From Ginkgo biloba (lineage: Eukaryota > Plantae > Ginkgophyta), in assembly GCA_024626585.2 (NCBI GenBank), contig JANKJI020000002.1, positions 219,475,851-219,498,556 on the forward strand: a stretch of 22,706 bases of DNA. Direction: 5' to 3'. This document shows, in pieces, positions 21,806-22,706 of the stretch (the stretch's first letter is position 1; every line of letters begins with the position of its first letter). The notes beneath the pieces are model-generated. The model was given only the letters and a program-made list of their open reading frames with translations, did no database searches and had not been told where the DNA came from. The translations under genes and the position numbers were made by a program.

Positions 21806-22706
21806 ATGAATATTCTCTCATGTAATGTGATAGGATTAAGGTCACTCCATTAACTAAAAATCCTAAAAAGGAAGATAGTAGAACATAATCCCAACTTGCT
21901 TTATTTAAAACACACCAAATTAGGGGTAGATATTATAAACAAGTTGAAACCTATATCTAGAAAGATAGTTATTATAAAATAATAGAATCAGTAGGCCAAT
22001 CAAGTGGCATTATTCTTATGTGGTAAAAGATCTAAGTCCAACCTCAAAAGATAAAAATATGTGGGAGTTGGACTAAGCTCAATTTTCAATGCTTGACTAA
22101 CTCCAAAGATTATATATTATATAGTTCTTGTAACCATAACACATAAGTAGCTAAAATAGACTATTTGAGAACTATCAAAGAGGACATCCATCTAATAGGT
22201 TCTACAAAAATAAAATCCTTTTTGGGGACTTCAACTTAATTCTAGAGATAGAAGAGAAAAGAGGAGGAAAATTATTTTTAGACTTAGCTAGAGATAACAT
22301 CAAGATATGTATTAATGAGTTCAACTTAGTAGACATTCTCTCCAATACAAGTTGGTTTACGTGGTCCAATATAAGAGTTAAGAAAGCATCCATATCTAAG
22401 AGGTTTGATATATTCCTAGTATCCTCATGTATTTTCAACTCTCAAATGGTCATAGAGGTAAATGTTCTAAAAGGATCCCAATATAATCATTGGATTATAT
22501 CACTCCAAATTGAACTAATAGTTATTCTAGGTAACATCTCATTCAAGTTAAATCCTTTATGGTGTGATCATCATAATTTTATTAATAAAATATCTTATTG
22601 GTGTAAATAAGGAAGGAAAATATATGGAGCAACAATTTTATATGTTCATAAAAAACCTCAATGGGTCAAATAGAGGATAAAATCATGGGACAAAGAATTA
22701 ATAATA
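21806..22706 (+). pseudogene. LINE copy D ORF2 pseudogene (APE endonuclease), runs off window
   Basis: ATG at 21806: MNILSCNVIGL, HTK (decayed QETK), GQSSGIILMW, GDFNLIL...EKRGG (~22225-22270), WFTWSN (~22355), KRFDIFLV, NHW (SDH position) and FKLNPLW. Confidence 0.9.

Overview
This window is AT-rich, gap-riddled eukaryotic DNA made almost entirely of old, nested, decayed transposable elements. I found no intact host gene, RNA gene or CRISPR array. The element types point to a land plant, and a large-genome lineage such as a gymnosperm is my inference. Left to right, by manual translation through stops and frameshifts: (1) a 125-bp tandem duplication and an unclassified decayed ORF on the minus strand; (2) a plus-strand Ty3/gypsy Tat/Ogre-like remnant with LTR end, tRNA-Arg-type PBS and gag (~1237-2973); (3) two diverged copies of one minus-strand LTR (~4175-5460 and 7020-8349) around a CRM-like gag start (6491-6934), which is cut by a younger CpG-rich LTR (5624-6490); (4) four plus-strand L1-clade LINE segments (A ~10020-13687, B 13788-14768, C ~15220-16557, D 20553-end); (5) the most notable item, a ~2.6-kb decayed rolling-circle Rep ORF (~17790-20430) whose motifs resemble Helentron/Helitron2 (HLE2) rather than canonical plant Helitrons. 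Several N-runs are exactly 100 nt (unsized gaps), so junctions next to them are uncertain. Most ORFs in the supplied track are spurious or fragments of these pseudogenes. I see no evidence of a functional novel system.
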